Part shown: positions 11,249 through 21,479 of the stretch, piece by piece
How positions within the stretch are numbered: the first letter of the stretch is position 1
Layout of the letters: each line of letters opens with the position of its first letter
Assembly (NCBI GenBank): GCA_965178125.1
Contig: CBCXTV010000001.1
Coordinates: 310,001 to 360,974, forward strand
Direction: 5' to 3'
Origin: Bilabrum cf. latius
Lineage: Eukaryota
Length of the DNA stretch: 50,974 nucleotides
The notes under the pieces: model-generated
Database searches by the model: none
Seen by the model: only the letters and a program-made list of their open reading frames with translations
Told to the model about the DNA's origin: nothing
Made by a program: the position numbers and the translations under genes

Positions 11249-12122
11249 CGACGAAATGCCGCGGAACAGCGCGTTGCGAGGAGACAAAGCTCCGCAGGCA
11301 ACAGCAGAAGGCCGCCGAGCGCCGGAGTTGGAGGGTCACATAGTTCCATCGGTCCCATTCTCTCCGGAAGTCGCATAGCACGTGGAGATCCGCATGCTCT
11401 CGGTGCATGAACGCTGGCAGCACGCAGTGCCAAAGTCGCAAAGCGCTTCAGAGTCACAAGTCCAGAAGTTCTTCTGCCAATGTGTGTCCTCTTCCCGCTC
11501 ATGTGTGCATCCTCGGAGGAAGTCTGGAGATGACAGGACCCAGCACGCACCACATCAGAAGTCCTTTTTTAAAGCGGCATCGTCAGACAAAAATCTGGAA
11601 CGCCCTTCCGCAAAAAAGAGTGCTGCCCACAGAAAAAAGGGAAACACCTGAGGCCCCAGAAGCCAAAGGGAGGACCGCGAAGGACGCAGTTTCGAGGTCA
11701 CACTTTCCGGGACCAGTTTTGAGCCCAAAAAGGGGTACACAAGAGGAAAACACGATGCGGGAGGCTTGAAATTGTCACCGAAAACGGGCCCAAAATTGGG
11801 ACCCCTTTTTCGCAAATTTCGCAGCATCCAGACGACCCAGAAAGGCTTTCCCAGGCGCCGCCTCGAAGCTCACCTTCTCGCATGCAACCATGACGCAGCC
11901 CCACCTCCTCATGCAGACGCGTCTGAGAGACCCCGCAGTGGAACTTCTCCCATTCTGCGCAGGAAGCACTTCAGTCTACAAGGACCCGCGCACTTCTTAC
12001 CGCACCACCTCCATGTGAAAGCACTTCTCGCGGAGTTTTTTTCGGGCCCAGGAATACAGCAACTGCCAGAAGCTTCGCACAGAAAAGCAGCCCACTCAGG
12101 AAGCAAACTCACTGCACACCCC

Positions 12123-12593
12123 ATGGCGAGCGACGCAGAACCGGAGGACGCAATGCGGCTCGACTCCCCTAGAGATGCGGATGCAGCGGCGCCACCCGAA
12201 GCGACGGAGGCAGGATCACAGAAACCAGATCATGCGCAGCAGTTCTTCGAGGAGCCCTGCCCGAAAGACGGACACATGGAAGCGCTAGAGAAGACCGCCA
12301 AGACGGACGAACCTGGCGACACACCCTTGTTCGTCGACAAGTGGACGGCAGCGATCACACGCCTTACCGAGGAGCGCAAGGCTCTCAAGCTCGAGCAGCG
12401 GGCTAAAACGAAGGCCATCCGCAAAACCATCCGGCAGAAAAGGCGCACCATGAAGAACGCCAAAAAACTCACAGACGACGAGCTCGCCCAAATCGTGCTA
12501 GACAGGAAGATCTTGCAGTTGGTGCAAAAAGAAGAGATCGCAGCACGCAGCTCCGCCAACTCCTCAACGAGCCAGGCGAAGTCGACCTTGTGA
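12123..12593 (+). CDS. Small protein with an acidic N-terminus and a basic coiled-coil C-terminus
   Basis: MASDAEPED...LTEERKALKLEQRAKTKAIRKTIRQKRRTMKNAKKLTDDELAQIVL. Protein-like composition. Start placed at an internal ATG of ORF 11766-12593. Confidence 0.6.
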   Translation: MASDAEPEDAMRLDSPRDADAAAPPEATEAGSQKPDHAQQFFEEPCPKDGHMEALEKTAKTDEPGDTPLFVDKWTAAITRLTEERKALKLEQRAKTKAIRKTIRQKRRTMKNAKKLTDDELAQIVLDRKILQLVQKEEIAARSSANSSTSQAKSTL

Positions 12594-13015
12594 GAAGCGC
12601 TTCCCGTGTTCAGAGAACCGAGGATTACAGATAGACCCCGCGTCACAGAAGCCATCGCAAGAGGGCAGAGCGTCAAGTACAGCGCAGTCTTGACGGACAC
12701 AGATAGCCCGAGCAGCACAAAGCAGCGGATGCGGCTGCCCAGCGGAGTCGCGCACTCGGACAGCATACACGGGACGTGCTGGCAGAAATCACTCAGTCCG
12801 CGAGCACCGTCGTCAAGAGCACGGGAGGGGCAGACTCGACATGCACAACTTTGAAAAACGGGAGGGGCACGAAAGGAAGACAAATTTGGCATTAATCCTT
12901 GATTACCCCCGCCCCCCCGTAGAATCAGAGCGAGGAGATATGCTCGGAAGGTCCGGGGGGCAGTCGCAGAAAAGTGCACGCGAAAATAAGAGGAAAGGAG
13001 ACCCCCCAAACCCAC

Positions 13016-13166
13016 GTAGTGCGATCCTGGGTGGTACCCTCTAAGGTACTAAGAATCCTTCCCCCGAAAATCGCACTACATCGGTCCCTGGCGTCGGGGA
13101 AAGCGGAAAAAAGGGGAGCACTACCGTGAACAAATCCTGCATTTTACAGGAAAATCGGAGCACTAC
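13016..13166. promoter_or_regulatory. Candidate rolling-circle origin: stem-loop plus GCACTAC iterons
   Basis: GTAGTGCGAT (13016-13025) and ATCGCACTAC (13070-13079) form a perfect inverted repeat enclosing GTACC-ctctaa-GGTAC. GCACTAC recurs at 13118 and 13160. Lies upstream of rep. Confidence 0.45.
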
Positions 13167-13216
13167 GTGTCAAAAACTGGGGGTTTTTGAGGTTTTTTTC
13201 CAGAAAAACGGCATTT

Positions 13217-13425
13217 GGGGCCAACTGTCGGTTGTGGCCATACGCGTTGTGGCGTCGAGTCCGCGATCTCGTTGATTATGGCTTGAAAAACTATGACGGA
13301 AGCCACTGAGGGTGGTAAGTACTTCCAAAGGTGGAATCATGTGTACATTGCTTGCTCGATTTCAGCCACGTGCGCAAAAAACGGCCTCGATTTCGGTGCT
13401 GTTTTCGCCCCCGAAAAGCGAGCAC
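13217..13425 (+). ncRNA. Putative structured RNA cassette present only in copy 1
   Basis: Nested helices with multiple G-U pairs plus a 3' hairpin. Replaces an unrelated 209-bp segment found in copy 2 (39042-39250). Confidence 0.5.
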
Positions 13426-13768
13426 GATGCCCTCGAACGTCGTGTCTCATGTGGTATTCGCCGGTTTCTATGTTCGAGAAGGCGGTCGGTCGGTCATCCT
13501 CTCTGGCAGGCTCCGAAGTGCGTTTGTGATCGTGCTAATTGCAACGCCATGCTTTCCTTCGTTGGCTTCGAGAATCCTTCCCTCGGAAGCGGTACTACCT
13601 CGCCCAGGGCGGCACGAGCTGCAGACTCAGCTGCCTCGGTGCTCATGTGTGTCCCGTGTCAGCAGTTTCGGTGTTACGAACAGCAAGGATTCTGGGCATT
13701 GCGTGTCGGAGGCAAGTGTTCTATCTTGAGGCATTCCGCGATTCGTCGAAGGATTATTTGCGCAAATA

Positions 13769-16054
13769 ATGTCGGCTCCGTTCAAGGGCGAAACGATGAG
13801 TTTGTCTGTTGCCGAGTCGCTGAAGTCCCGAGTCGCATCCTGCTCCTGGGATCCCGCGTGGGTTTCCGCGAGCTGCGTGCCGTGCGATGGCCTCCCCACA
13901 AGCCAGGAGTCAGAAGCGTCCACGACGGCGACCTCTGCTTTGTTAGGGGTGTCCGAGGCGTCCCCAACGTGCTCGTGTGGCCTCGGTGTCTCCAATTCGG
14001 TGGCTGCAGCGCGCGCGGCCGCTGTCCCGAGTTTTGGCTTTGACGATGCGGAGAACGACTTCGACGCCAGTCTCGACATGATTGAGGCCTCATGCGAGGT
14101 CGCATGCGAGGCAGAATGCGAGGGCGATCCGGGAGCCTGCTTGTTGTCCCACGGCAAGTCGAGCGGTCAGTGGCAGATCGGCGTAGTGGGTGAACGAGTC
14201 CTTTATGAGGGCCTCAGCGTTGAGGGCGACATTCCTGGCCGCGTTGCTGCCTCCGAAGCGCTCGCCGCGGGTGTCATCAATTTGGAACCCCCGTCAGAGG
14301 AAGTACTTTTGCCGGTGCAGCTTCTGCGGAGTAGTCAAGGTTACCGTGGGGTTCTGCCCATCGAGGATTCTGCGCCCGATGCGAGGGGGCGACCGCAGAT
14401 GCTCATGCTTCCCGATTTCGTGCCCCCCGTGAAGAGGCGGCGTCTTCGGCAGAAGTGCGACCCTGCTGAGGGCGATGCAGCACCGAGTCTTGCGGCTCAT
14501 CTCGGACCTCCGCCCGCGGCTCGTGCCGCGGCCGGAGCGTCTGGGCCGCAGCGCTCGACTGGAAGGCCTTCGACTCGTCCTATTGATAGTGTCATCTATC
14601 GTCTCCTGCGGGTTTTCCCTGACGATTTCAAGTTGGCGTTTCCGGCGTCGGTGTCACACCAGCGGAAGCGGTGCCTCATCAGGGAGGCGCTTCGCAATGT
14701 ACCCGGTGACCGCATGTGCATCTTGAAAGACTGGGCTGCGGGGGCGGAGGACACTCCTTGCCAGCTTCGTTTCGAGGAGCTCTTCCCGGAGCTTGCGCGG
14801 CAGCGGGACGAAGTTGTGAGGAATCCGGGATCGCATTCAGTGCCCGTGGGCGAGATTGTGCCTGCGTCCGACAAGAACACGAGGCGGGGAAGGGCCGTGA
14901 TGCTTACCTTTCACGGTCGCTGGGGTGTCGAAAAGGAGCCTGTGCGCGACATCATGTCGGCATCCGTGGCAAGGGGCGTCCTGAGGCGATTGGTTCTCGC
15001 GTCTCCGTTCTATGTGGAGCTTTGGGCCACCTTCAAGGCATGGGCGCAGGACATCGCGCGGCGGATGATGTGGCCTCAGCTGTCCATGAAAATGGAGCTC
15101 TCCCTGCACCGCAAGCACGCCGCAAACTTGGTGCACTTCCACGTATGCATGACGGATTCCGAGAAGTCGCATCGTTGTCGCGTGGCGGAGGATTTCATGT
15201 GGGCCGGCAGCAGGCCGAATGTCGTCTACGGCTCCGGGCGGTCAGCGAAAGCGCAGGAACGTGGCGCGTCGGAGTTACACTATTATTGTCAAGCTCCCAA
15301 AGTCGGTGCGCTGCTTTGCGCCACGAACTACCGAGCCGGACGCGATTTCGTCGTCAATGGTAAGTTCGTGCACGCGTTGTTCGCACGCTTCAAAATGGAT
15401 CCGGACGTCGCGAGAAGGGAACTCGTGGCGTATCGGTGTCGGGACGCCGAGAACTTAGTGCGCGCCATCGACTTCCACATACAGAATGCCGCGGAGAGGA
15501 GAGAGGTGTGCGCGCAGGCCGCGGTGCACGTAGTGACGAAGCTCCGCCCCTTTAAGGTGGTGCCCGAAGTCGAGAAGTGGCGCGAGAGCTATCGTCAGGA
15601 GTGGTTCGCGCACATGCGCTTCAAGTTCCTTGTCTTGGTGGGGGACTCCCGGTTCGGGAAGACAGTGTACGCGCGGAATCTCTTCGGGAGCGAAAGGACT
15701 CTTGTTGTGAACTGTCAGGGCAGTGTGGAACCTCCGCTCCGTGGCTTCGATCGAAGTCGGCATGTGGCCATTGTGTTCGACGAGGCAAATGCCCTGTGGG
15801 TCGTCAACAACAAACAGGTCTTTCAGGCTGGCCTTGACCCCTCCCTGCTCGGCCAGAGCAAGACGAACAGCCTCGCATACTCTGTGTGGCTCCACGGTAT
15901 CGCCCTGATCATCTGCACGAATTCGTGGGGCTCTGACGTGACGGAGTCGGTGGACCGCGAGTGGCTTGACAACAACTGTACGAAAGTGGAGGTGAAAGAT
16001 CGGCTCTACTTCGACGAGGACTTGTTGTCTCTCACGGATGTGCAGAAGAGCTGA
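13769..16054 (+). CDS. rep: CRESS-type replication initiator: HUH endonuclease + SF3 helicase, with a long low-complexity N-terminal extension
   Basis: Motifs in canonical order: motif I VMLTF (~14897), motif II VHFHV (~15131), motif III HYYCQAPK (~15278), Walker A GDSRFGKT (~15641), Walker B IVFDE, motif C IICTN. Confidence 0.9.
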   Translation: MSAPFKGETMSLSVAESLKSRVASCSWDPAWVSASCVPCDGLPTSQESEASTTATSALLGVSEASPTCSCGLGVSNSVAAARAAAVPSFGFDDAENDFDASLDMIEASCEVACEAECEGDPGACLLSHGKSSGQWQIGVVGERVLYEGLSVEGDIPGRVAASEALAAGVINLEPPSEEVLLPVQLLRSSQGYRGVLPIEDSAPDARGRPQMLMLPDFVPPVKRRRLRQKCDPAEGDAAPSLAAHLGPPPAARAAAGASGPQRSTGRPSTRPIDSVIYRLLRVFPDDFKLAFPASVSHQRKRCLIREALRNVPGDRMCILKDWAAGAEDTPCQLRFEELFPELARQRDEVVRNPGSHSVPVGEIVPASDKNTRRGRAVMLTFHGRWGVEKEPVRDIMSASVARGVLRRLVLASPFYVELWATFKAWAQDIARRMMWPQLSMKMELSLHRKHAANLVHFHVCMTDSEKSHRCRVAEDFMWAGSRPNVVYGSGRSAKAQERGASELHYYCQAPKVGALLCATNYRAGRDFVVNGKFVHALFARFKMDPDVARRELVAYRCRDAENLVRAIDFHIQNAAERREVCAQAAVHVVTKLRPFKVVPEVEKWRESYRQEWFAHMRFKFLVLVGDSRFGKTVYARNLFGSERTLVVNCQGSVEPPLRGFDRSRHVAIVFDEANALWVVNNKQVFQAGLDPSLLGQSKTNSLAYSVWLHGIALIICTNSWGSDVTESVDREWLDNNCTKVEVKDRLYFDEDLLSLTDVQKS

Positions 16055-16458
16055 CGCCGGCCGCTGAGGTTTTCAGTCCGGTTCACACGAGCGCCGGAGC
16101 CGCAGCGGCAGCCGCTTCGGTGCTCCTGAAGGTCTAATGTCCTCAATGCGTTTCGTGTGCAAAAAGGATGTGATTTCTACATGGGGGCATTCCGCAAGTT
16201 TCATGTGGTCCGTCGCGTTCGTCCGGGGGAGTGCTTGCCTAGTATTGGGAGCTTGCCTGACACACACACACGTGGCACCCAGCCTGATGGGTTGCAAGTG
16301 TGTGTGTGTCTCCGCAGTGCCGCGGTTGGGACCCGGCGGGTCGTTTGCTTTTACGTCGCCGCGTCGCGCGCCGACGAGACATTTCTTGGTCTCAGAAGCC
16401 TCTGCTTCCGGTAGGCGCGCCGTGTACGCTCGCGGGCCGAAGGTGGGTGCGTTGCTTG

Positions 16459-17151
16459 ATGGCCTACGTCGGTATCGCCGATGCACCGTATGTGCCCGTG
16501 GTTGCCGCGTCGACCTCCGAGCACGCCCCGGAGGGCGAGGTGGAGATGATGCTTGCGCCTCTTGCCGGAGATGTCGGTTTCAAGCGGCCTCGCGTGTTTC
16601 CTCCCGGTTCGCGACTTCTTCCTAAGTCGCCGGCCCATCCGGCGGTGCTCATAACAGCGCTCGGCAGTGAGGCACCCCAGGACACACAGTGCGTCGTTTG
16701 GTCGGACTCTAAGGCTTTCGACCTCGCGGAGTTTGTATGCTCTTCCTGCGGCTGCAATCGTGTCATGGCGGACCTGAATCATCGTATGCGTGATCGTCTC
16801 GTACGTCGCGTGCAGCGCACGCTTTATGCCGATGATTCTCCGTGCGGCAGGGGTGCGATTTCGTGTCGTGCTTGTCGCGAGAAGGCGCGCGACGCGGCGC
16901 CGAAGACGTCGATTATGAACGCGGCGAACAAGAAGAAGATCTCGGGAACTCTTCGCATGCAGTTGGATCTCATTGTAGAGACCGGGGAGCGGAAGGGTCA
17001 GCGTTGTACTGCGGAGAAAATTCTGACATTGGGAACGATGAAGCAGCACAGGGTTTTCGAGAGGGACCTTTACGATGAGGCATGGCGCGGGCTTGTTCGT
17101 CTGTCTGGACGCGAGGCTTGGAGCGATGACGACTCGTGGTCTCCGCGTTGA
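16459..17151 (+). CDS. Hypothetical CxxC...CxxC zinc-ribbon protein
   Basis: MAYVGIAD...CSSCGCNRVMADLN...ISCRAC; directly downstream of rep on the same strand. Confidence 0.55.
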   Translation: MAYVGIADAPYVPVVAASTSEHAPEGEVEMMLAPLAGDVGFKRPRVFPPGSRLLPKSPAHPAVLITALGSEAPQDTQCVVWSDSKAFDLAEFVCSSCGCNRVMADLNHRMRDRLVRRVQRTLYADDSPCGRGAISCRACREKARDAAPKTSIMNAANKKKISGTLRMQLDLIVETGERKGQRCTAEKILTLGTMKQHRVFERDLYDEAWRGLVRLSGREAWSDDDSWSPR

Positions 17152-17358
17152 GCTTGCGTGACGGTTTTCCCTCTTAACCTGGCCTCTTGCGTGGCGCTGC
17201 TTCCGCGTGTGGCCTGAGCGTGCGACCTGAGCGTTCGGCCTGCTGTCGCGTGTGACCTGAGCGAACGGGCGCTCGACAGTATCCCGCGTTTGTTGCTTCT
17301 GGGGTTCAAGAAACTTGTACTTTTTGGGCTGTACGGTGGTCAGTGGTGCACGGTTCGT

Positions 17359-17500
17359 TCGCAGCCTCCGCGTTGTTGGAAAGCTATGGTGGAGCATGGT
17401 TCTTTTCGCAGCCTCCGCGTTGTGATCAAGCTACGGTGGAGCATGGTTCGTGAGCATGGTTCTTTTCGCAGCCTCCGCGTTGTTGACACGTGAAAGCTAC
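17359..17500. repeat. Short tandem repeat (3 x tcgcagcctccgcgttgt with gagcatggttc linkers); also at ~43184-43325
   Basis: Copies at 17359, 17406 and 17466. Confidence 0.8.
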
Positions 17501-18270
17501 GCGAACGTGACCACACAATAGGCCATACCCCAGGTGAAATCCGGACTCGGACATCCAGACGAAACGGCATCATGCACACTGTTGAACACACAAATGACAC
17601 TGAGCTCCACCGTAACGTAACTTTCCATCACCACCTGGTTTATTTTCTCCGCGATGGCAGCTTGGCGGTGACGCTGTGTCTTCGGGCATGAAGGGGCAAA
17701 TCTTTGGTTTTTTGGGCCCTGTTTCGGTCACCGAAAAGTCGTGTGATTTCTGGCGCGCAGGAGGAGTGACGCAAGGTATTTCTGAACCGTTTTCCGGACG
17801 CTTTCCGGGCCTCCCATGTGACCGCTTTTTGCGTACCGAAACACGTTCCGCGCGTGAGGAGCAGATGCGGATCTCCGCGGGGTCCTAGTTGTGTCCTTTT
17901 TCGGGGGACGAAATCGGGCGCACTTGTCGTGCCGATTCGTGGTCGTCTCTGAGACCGGCTGCGAGTCGGGAAAGGTGCCCGGGAGATGCTCGTGTCCTTG
18001 GCTTCGTATTTCTCCGCGTATTCTTCAAACGCGGGCGCACGTCTCCTACCGATTCGTGGTCGGTTTCCGAGGCCGATCGCGAGTCGGGAAATGCGCCCGC
18101 GATGCGCTCTCGATCTCGGAAAGGGCGGGAGTCCGTTCTTGCATTCGGAATGGGCGGGGAGTTGCTTTTCCTGGGAGCATGTGCGAGATTCCTTCTCCGC
18201 GGGTCCTCTTTCGGCTTCGGCAGTCAGCAGCGCACTCTGCGGGAACGGCATTCTCCGAGTCTCTTTGCCG

Positions 18271-19278
18271 ATGATGTCTGAGGAGAAACCGTCCGAGAGC
18301 ATTGCTGTTTCCTTGGGAGACGGCCGCAATCTTCGTGGGCGTCGAGGCGCCGGTGATATGGGAAACGAGGGCGGCATGTTGGCGCGCGAGGTCGACGCCC
18401 CGGCGGAGCACGCCGGCGCGGCGGCAAGCGTCGATGATTCGGGCGGCCCCCACATCGAGAGCGGCGGCGCGGAGGCGGCGTCCACGGGGATGCTCGGAGA
18501 GGAGAGCGGCAAGGCAGCGCCGAAGGAGGACGCCGAAGACGACGGCGGCAAGAAGACGGAGGAGGAGGATGCTCGCGGCGGTGGACGTGCTGTGGTGCCC
18601 GGAGGTAATGACGACGTATGGACCGACGCAGCAGCTTGGAAGGCGGGTGGCGGCGTGGCAGCCGGGGCGGTCTCTGGCGCTGATAGCTGGGTTCTATGGG
18701 GGACCCCTGCGAAGTCGTCATGGGGGGAGACGTACGTGCCGCGGCAGGTCGCGCCGGAGCCGGCGGAGGAGGCGACATGGACTTGCAACGCGTGCCAGTG
18801 CTGCAAGCCCCGGTCGGCGTACTTCAAGAAGTGGAAGGACTGGATCCAACCAGTTTGCCGGGTGTGTTGCGACAAGTTCGACAACGCGACGCCGTGGTGG
18901 GTGTGGTGCAAGAACTGCAAAAACGAGTATCCGGCGTACCGATTTCCCCAGATCCGCCGGAAGAAGGAGAACCTGCGCTATTTCTTCCCTGAGGACTGGT
19001 GCGCGAAGTGCCTGGTTGCGCGTGGCTGGAGTCTCCATGATGTCCGTTCCTCTGCGGGTGAAGCGAAGCGTTGGGTGCCAAAAGCTGGCGCGAATACCGG
19101 TGACGGCGACAACGACGCTCGTGCTCCCGCACGCGACGAGCTTCCTGCAGGAGGCGCCGCCTCCTGCAGCAACGCCGTGCGTCAGAGTTCTTCGCGTGAC
19201 GAGGCCTTGGATGACATCAAGCGGGCCATGGAGCTTCTCCAGAATGCGGAAAGGTTCCTCCTCACGATGCCAGCGTGA
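18271..19278 (+). CDS. Hypothetical protein with an acidic disordered N-terminus and two zinc-ribbon units
   Basis: CNAC...CRVC and CKNC...CAKC pairs. Start placed at MMSEEKP inside ORF 17986-19278. Confidence 0.65.
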   Translation: MMSEEKPSESIAVSLGDGRNLRGRRGAGDMGNEGGMLAREVDAPAEHAGAAASVDDSGGPHIESGGAEAASTGMLGEESGKAAPKEDAEDDGGKKTEEEDARGGGRAVVPGGNDDVWTDAAAWKAGGGVAAGAVSGADSWVLWGTPAKSSWGETYVPRQVAPEPAEEATWTCNACQCCKPRSAYFKKWKDWIQPVCRVCCDKFDNATPWWVWCKNCKNEYPAYRFPQIRRKKENLRYFFPEDWCAKCLVARGWSLHDVRSSAGEAKRWVPKAGANTGDGDNDARAPARDELPAGGAASCSNAVRQSSSRDEALDDIKRAMELLQNAERFLLTMPA

Positions 19279-19487
19279 CGCGGGAGCTTCCCGAATGGGT
19301 CCGTCGTACTGTGAGGGCGCTCCGGAAGGAAGAGCGCGAGTGAGTCATCCTTGCGCCGAGGTGAGCGCGACGTCGGAGGAGCACGGTCGTTTGATTGGGA
19401 ACGATATGGTCGGCAGAGTGTGAAAATCCGAGTTTCTCGTGCAGGATTGGGCAGCTCTCTAGATATCTTGCCTGGGAAGGGTGTGAT

Positions 19488-20460
19488 GCGGTGGGAGCGC
19501 TTCCGCCTCACGTGGCAGACGTCCACACTTCCTGGTTCCCCGGCAGGCTGTTTGGCGAGACGGAGTGGCAAAGCATCCGCCTGCTGATTCCTACTTTGTT
19601 ACCTCGATTGTGAGCTCGGAGCTTGGGGCGGAGGATTCTGCGGGCAGCTCATGTGTGCCTAGAGTGTCATCCCGCGACCCTCTGACTTCTGTTCGTGGCT
19701 TTACCTCTTCGCGCAGGAAGATTCCTCATGAGGCAAGCCCGGTCCGAACTCGCGTGGGATGCCGTGCGCTGGTGCGGCTTCCACTCATCCCCGGGGTGGG
19801 GAGCGCTGGGTAAAGGATCGTCTGTCCCTGCAAGTTTCGATTCGGCGAGGTGCGGCAGCATGACGCGGACCGAGGTGAAGTCCTTTGTCCGCGATAGGTC
19901 GCCGCGTCGCGCGGTGGCGACCCCACAGCGCCCAAATCCCATTCCGGAGAGGGGGTGTGATGCAGTGGGAGCCCTTCCGCCTCACGTGACAGACGTTCAC
20001 ACTTCCTGGTTCCCATAAGGTCTTCAGCACAGCGCATGCGAGGCAGGCTGTTCGGCGAGACGTAGTGGCATCGCCCCCGCCTGCTCATTCCTACTTTGTT
20101 ACCTCGATTGTCAGCTTGGGGCTCGGGGGCGGCGGATTCAGCGGGCAGCTCATGTATGCTGGAGTGTCATCCCGCGACCTCTGACTTCTGTCCGTGGCTT
20201 TACCTCTTCGCGCAGGAAGATTCCTCATGAGGCAAGCCCGGTGCGAACTCCTGTGGGATGCCGTGCGCTGGTTCGGATTCCACTCATGCCCGATGTGGGG
20301 AGCGCTAGGGTAAAGGATCGTCTGTCCCTGCAAGTTTCGATTCGGCTCGAGTCAATGTGAGGAAGGAGAGGTGCGGCAGCATGACGCGGAACGAGGTGAC
20401 GTCCTTTGTCCGCGATAGGTCGCCGCGTCGCGCGGTGGCGACCCCGCAGCGCCCAAACCC
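19488..20460 (+). repeat. Diverged tandem duplication of ~470-500 bp; also at ~45313-46285
   Basis: gggtgtgatgcRgtgggagc...cagcgcccaaa occurs twice. The second copy supplies the start of ORF 20381. Confidence 0.85.
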
Positions 20461-20905
20461 CGCCCCGCCAGCGAGTCCTCACTCGACAGCGGTGTCGAAC
20501 CTGCAGCAGCGCTTCGAGAACATGCAGCAGCGTGCGGAAAGCTTGAGCGCTCAGCTGGAGTACGCCCAAAGTGTGATCAGGCTGCTCTCAGGCCTGTTGC
20601 GCGATGAGGCTCCTCGGTTCCATGCAGACTTTGATCCCGTGATTCGGCGTGCGATGTCTGGCGCAAGCGGCTCCGTTGCGGGTAGGTCTTTCCGTCTTGT
20701 GGACGGAGGCGTCATCCACGGACCTGACACAGCAGTCGCTGCTCCTCCGCGTCGTCTCATCGTTGAGGTGCGTACGGACTGGGAGATGACCGAGACTGCC
20801 TCAACTGTGCTGGATTCCTCAGGATCAGACGACATGGGTTCCGAGGACTCGCCGCCGCCGACCGTCGTCCTCCCCAGCGGCGCGGCGGGCGCCGGCGGTG
20901 CCTAG
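20381..20905 (+). CDS. Hypothetical coiled-coil protein
   Basis: MTRNEVTSFVRDRSPRR...VSNLQQRFENMQQRAESLSAQLEYAQSVIRLL heptad pattern; acidic tail. Confidence 0.55.
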   Translation: MTRNEVTSFVRDRSPRRAVATPQRPNPAPPASPHSTAVSNLQQRFENMQQRAESLSAQLEYAQSVIRLLSGLLRDEAPRFHADFDPVIRRAMSGASGSVAGRSFRLVDGGVIHGPDTAVAAPPRRLIVEVRTDWEMTETASTVLDSSGSDDMGSEDSPPPTVVLPSGAAGAGGA

Positions 20906-21479
20906 TCCTCGGCAGCTCCTGCATCGGAGCCTCCTGTCGAGATTCGATCGCGCAACGTCGTTCCTTACATTGCTTGCCGTCGCATGTGCCGGGCGGTGGT
21001 GGGTGTGCGTGTTCGCCGAAAGTTCCCGGCCTCGTCTTCCTCAGGAGAGCTCCTCGACCCGAAATTGGCAGCTCAGCGCTGCCGTGGCCGATACAGTACC
21101 CGTGCACGGCCAGTTGGCAGCTACGCGCTGCCGTTGCCAATGTCGTCCGCACGAGAGCAGAGTGGCAGCTCAGCGCAGGCGAGAAACCGCGCTCGCAATG
21201 CTGCGAGGTGTATTCAATGCTGTGCACGTGTCTATCCCTCTCCCTGGTTTTGTCTCGCTTGCGCCAGTGTGACCGCAGCAGAGCGGGTGCTTCCCGTGCG
21301 TCTTCAGCTTTGAGCACTCCTCCAGCGACAGGAAGGCATTCGCTTGCTCTCGCTCCCCGCCTGCGTCCTATCCCTCCCGGGTATCTTCAGAGGCCACAGG
21401 CAGTGCGAAGCTTGGCAGCGGGTCCGTCCGCGTCGTTTCGGCTGTGAGCGATCTTCTGCCCGGTTCCTCACGCGTCATA

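Noticed and set aside
13769-16054. Helitron RepHel
   Set aside because: The helicase has the SF3 Walker A/B/motif C layout, not Pif1/SF1.
16233-16252. CRESS nonanucleotide origin (TAGTATTgg)
   Set aside because: Lacks the final AC of NANTATTAC and has only a weak bulged stem.
16351-18920. Long minus-strand ORFs (348 aa, 426 aa) and many other overlapping ORFs
   Set aside because: Arg/Pro/Ser-rich shadow frames of GC-rich + strand genes or repeats, with no motifs.
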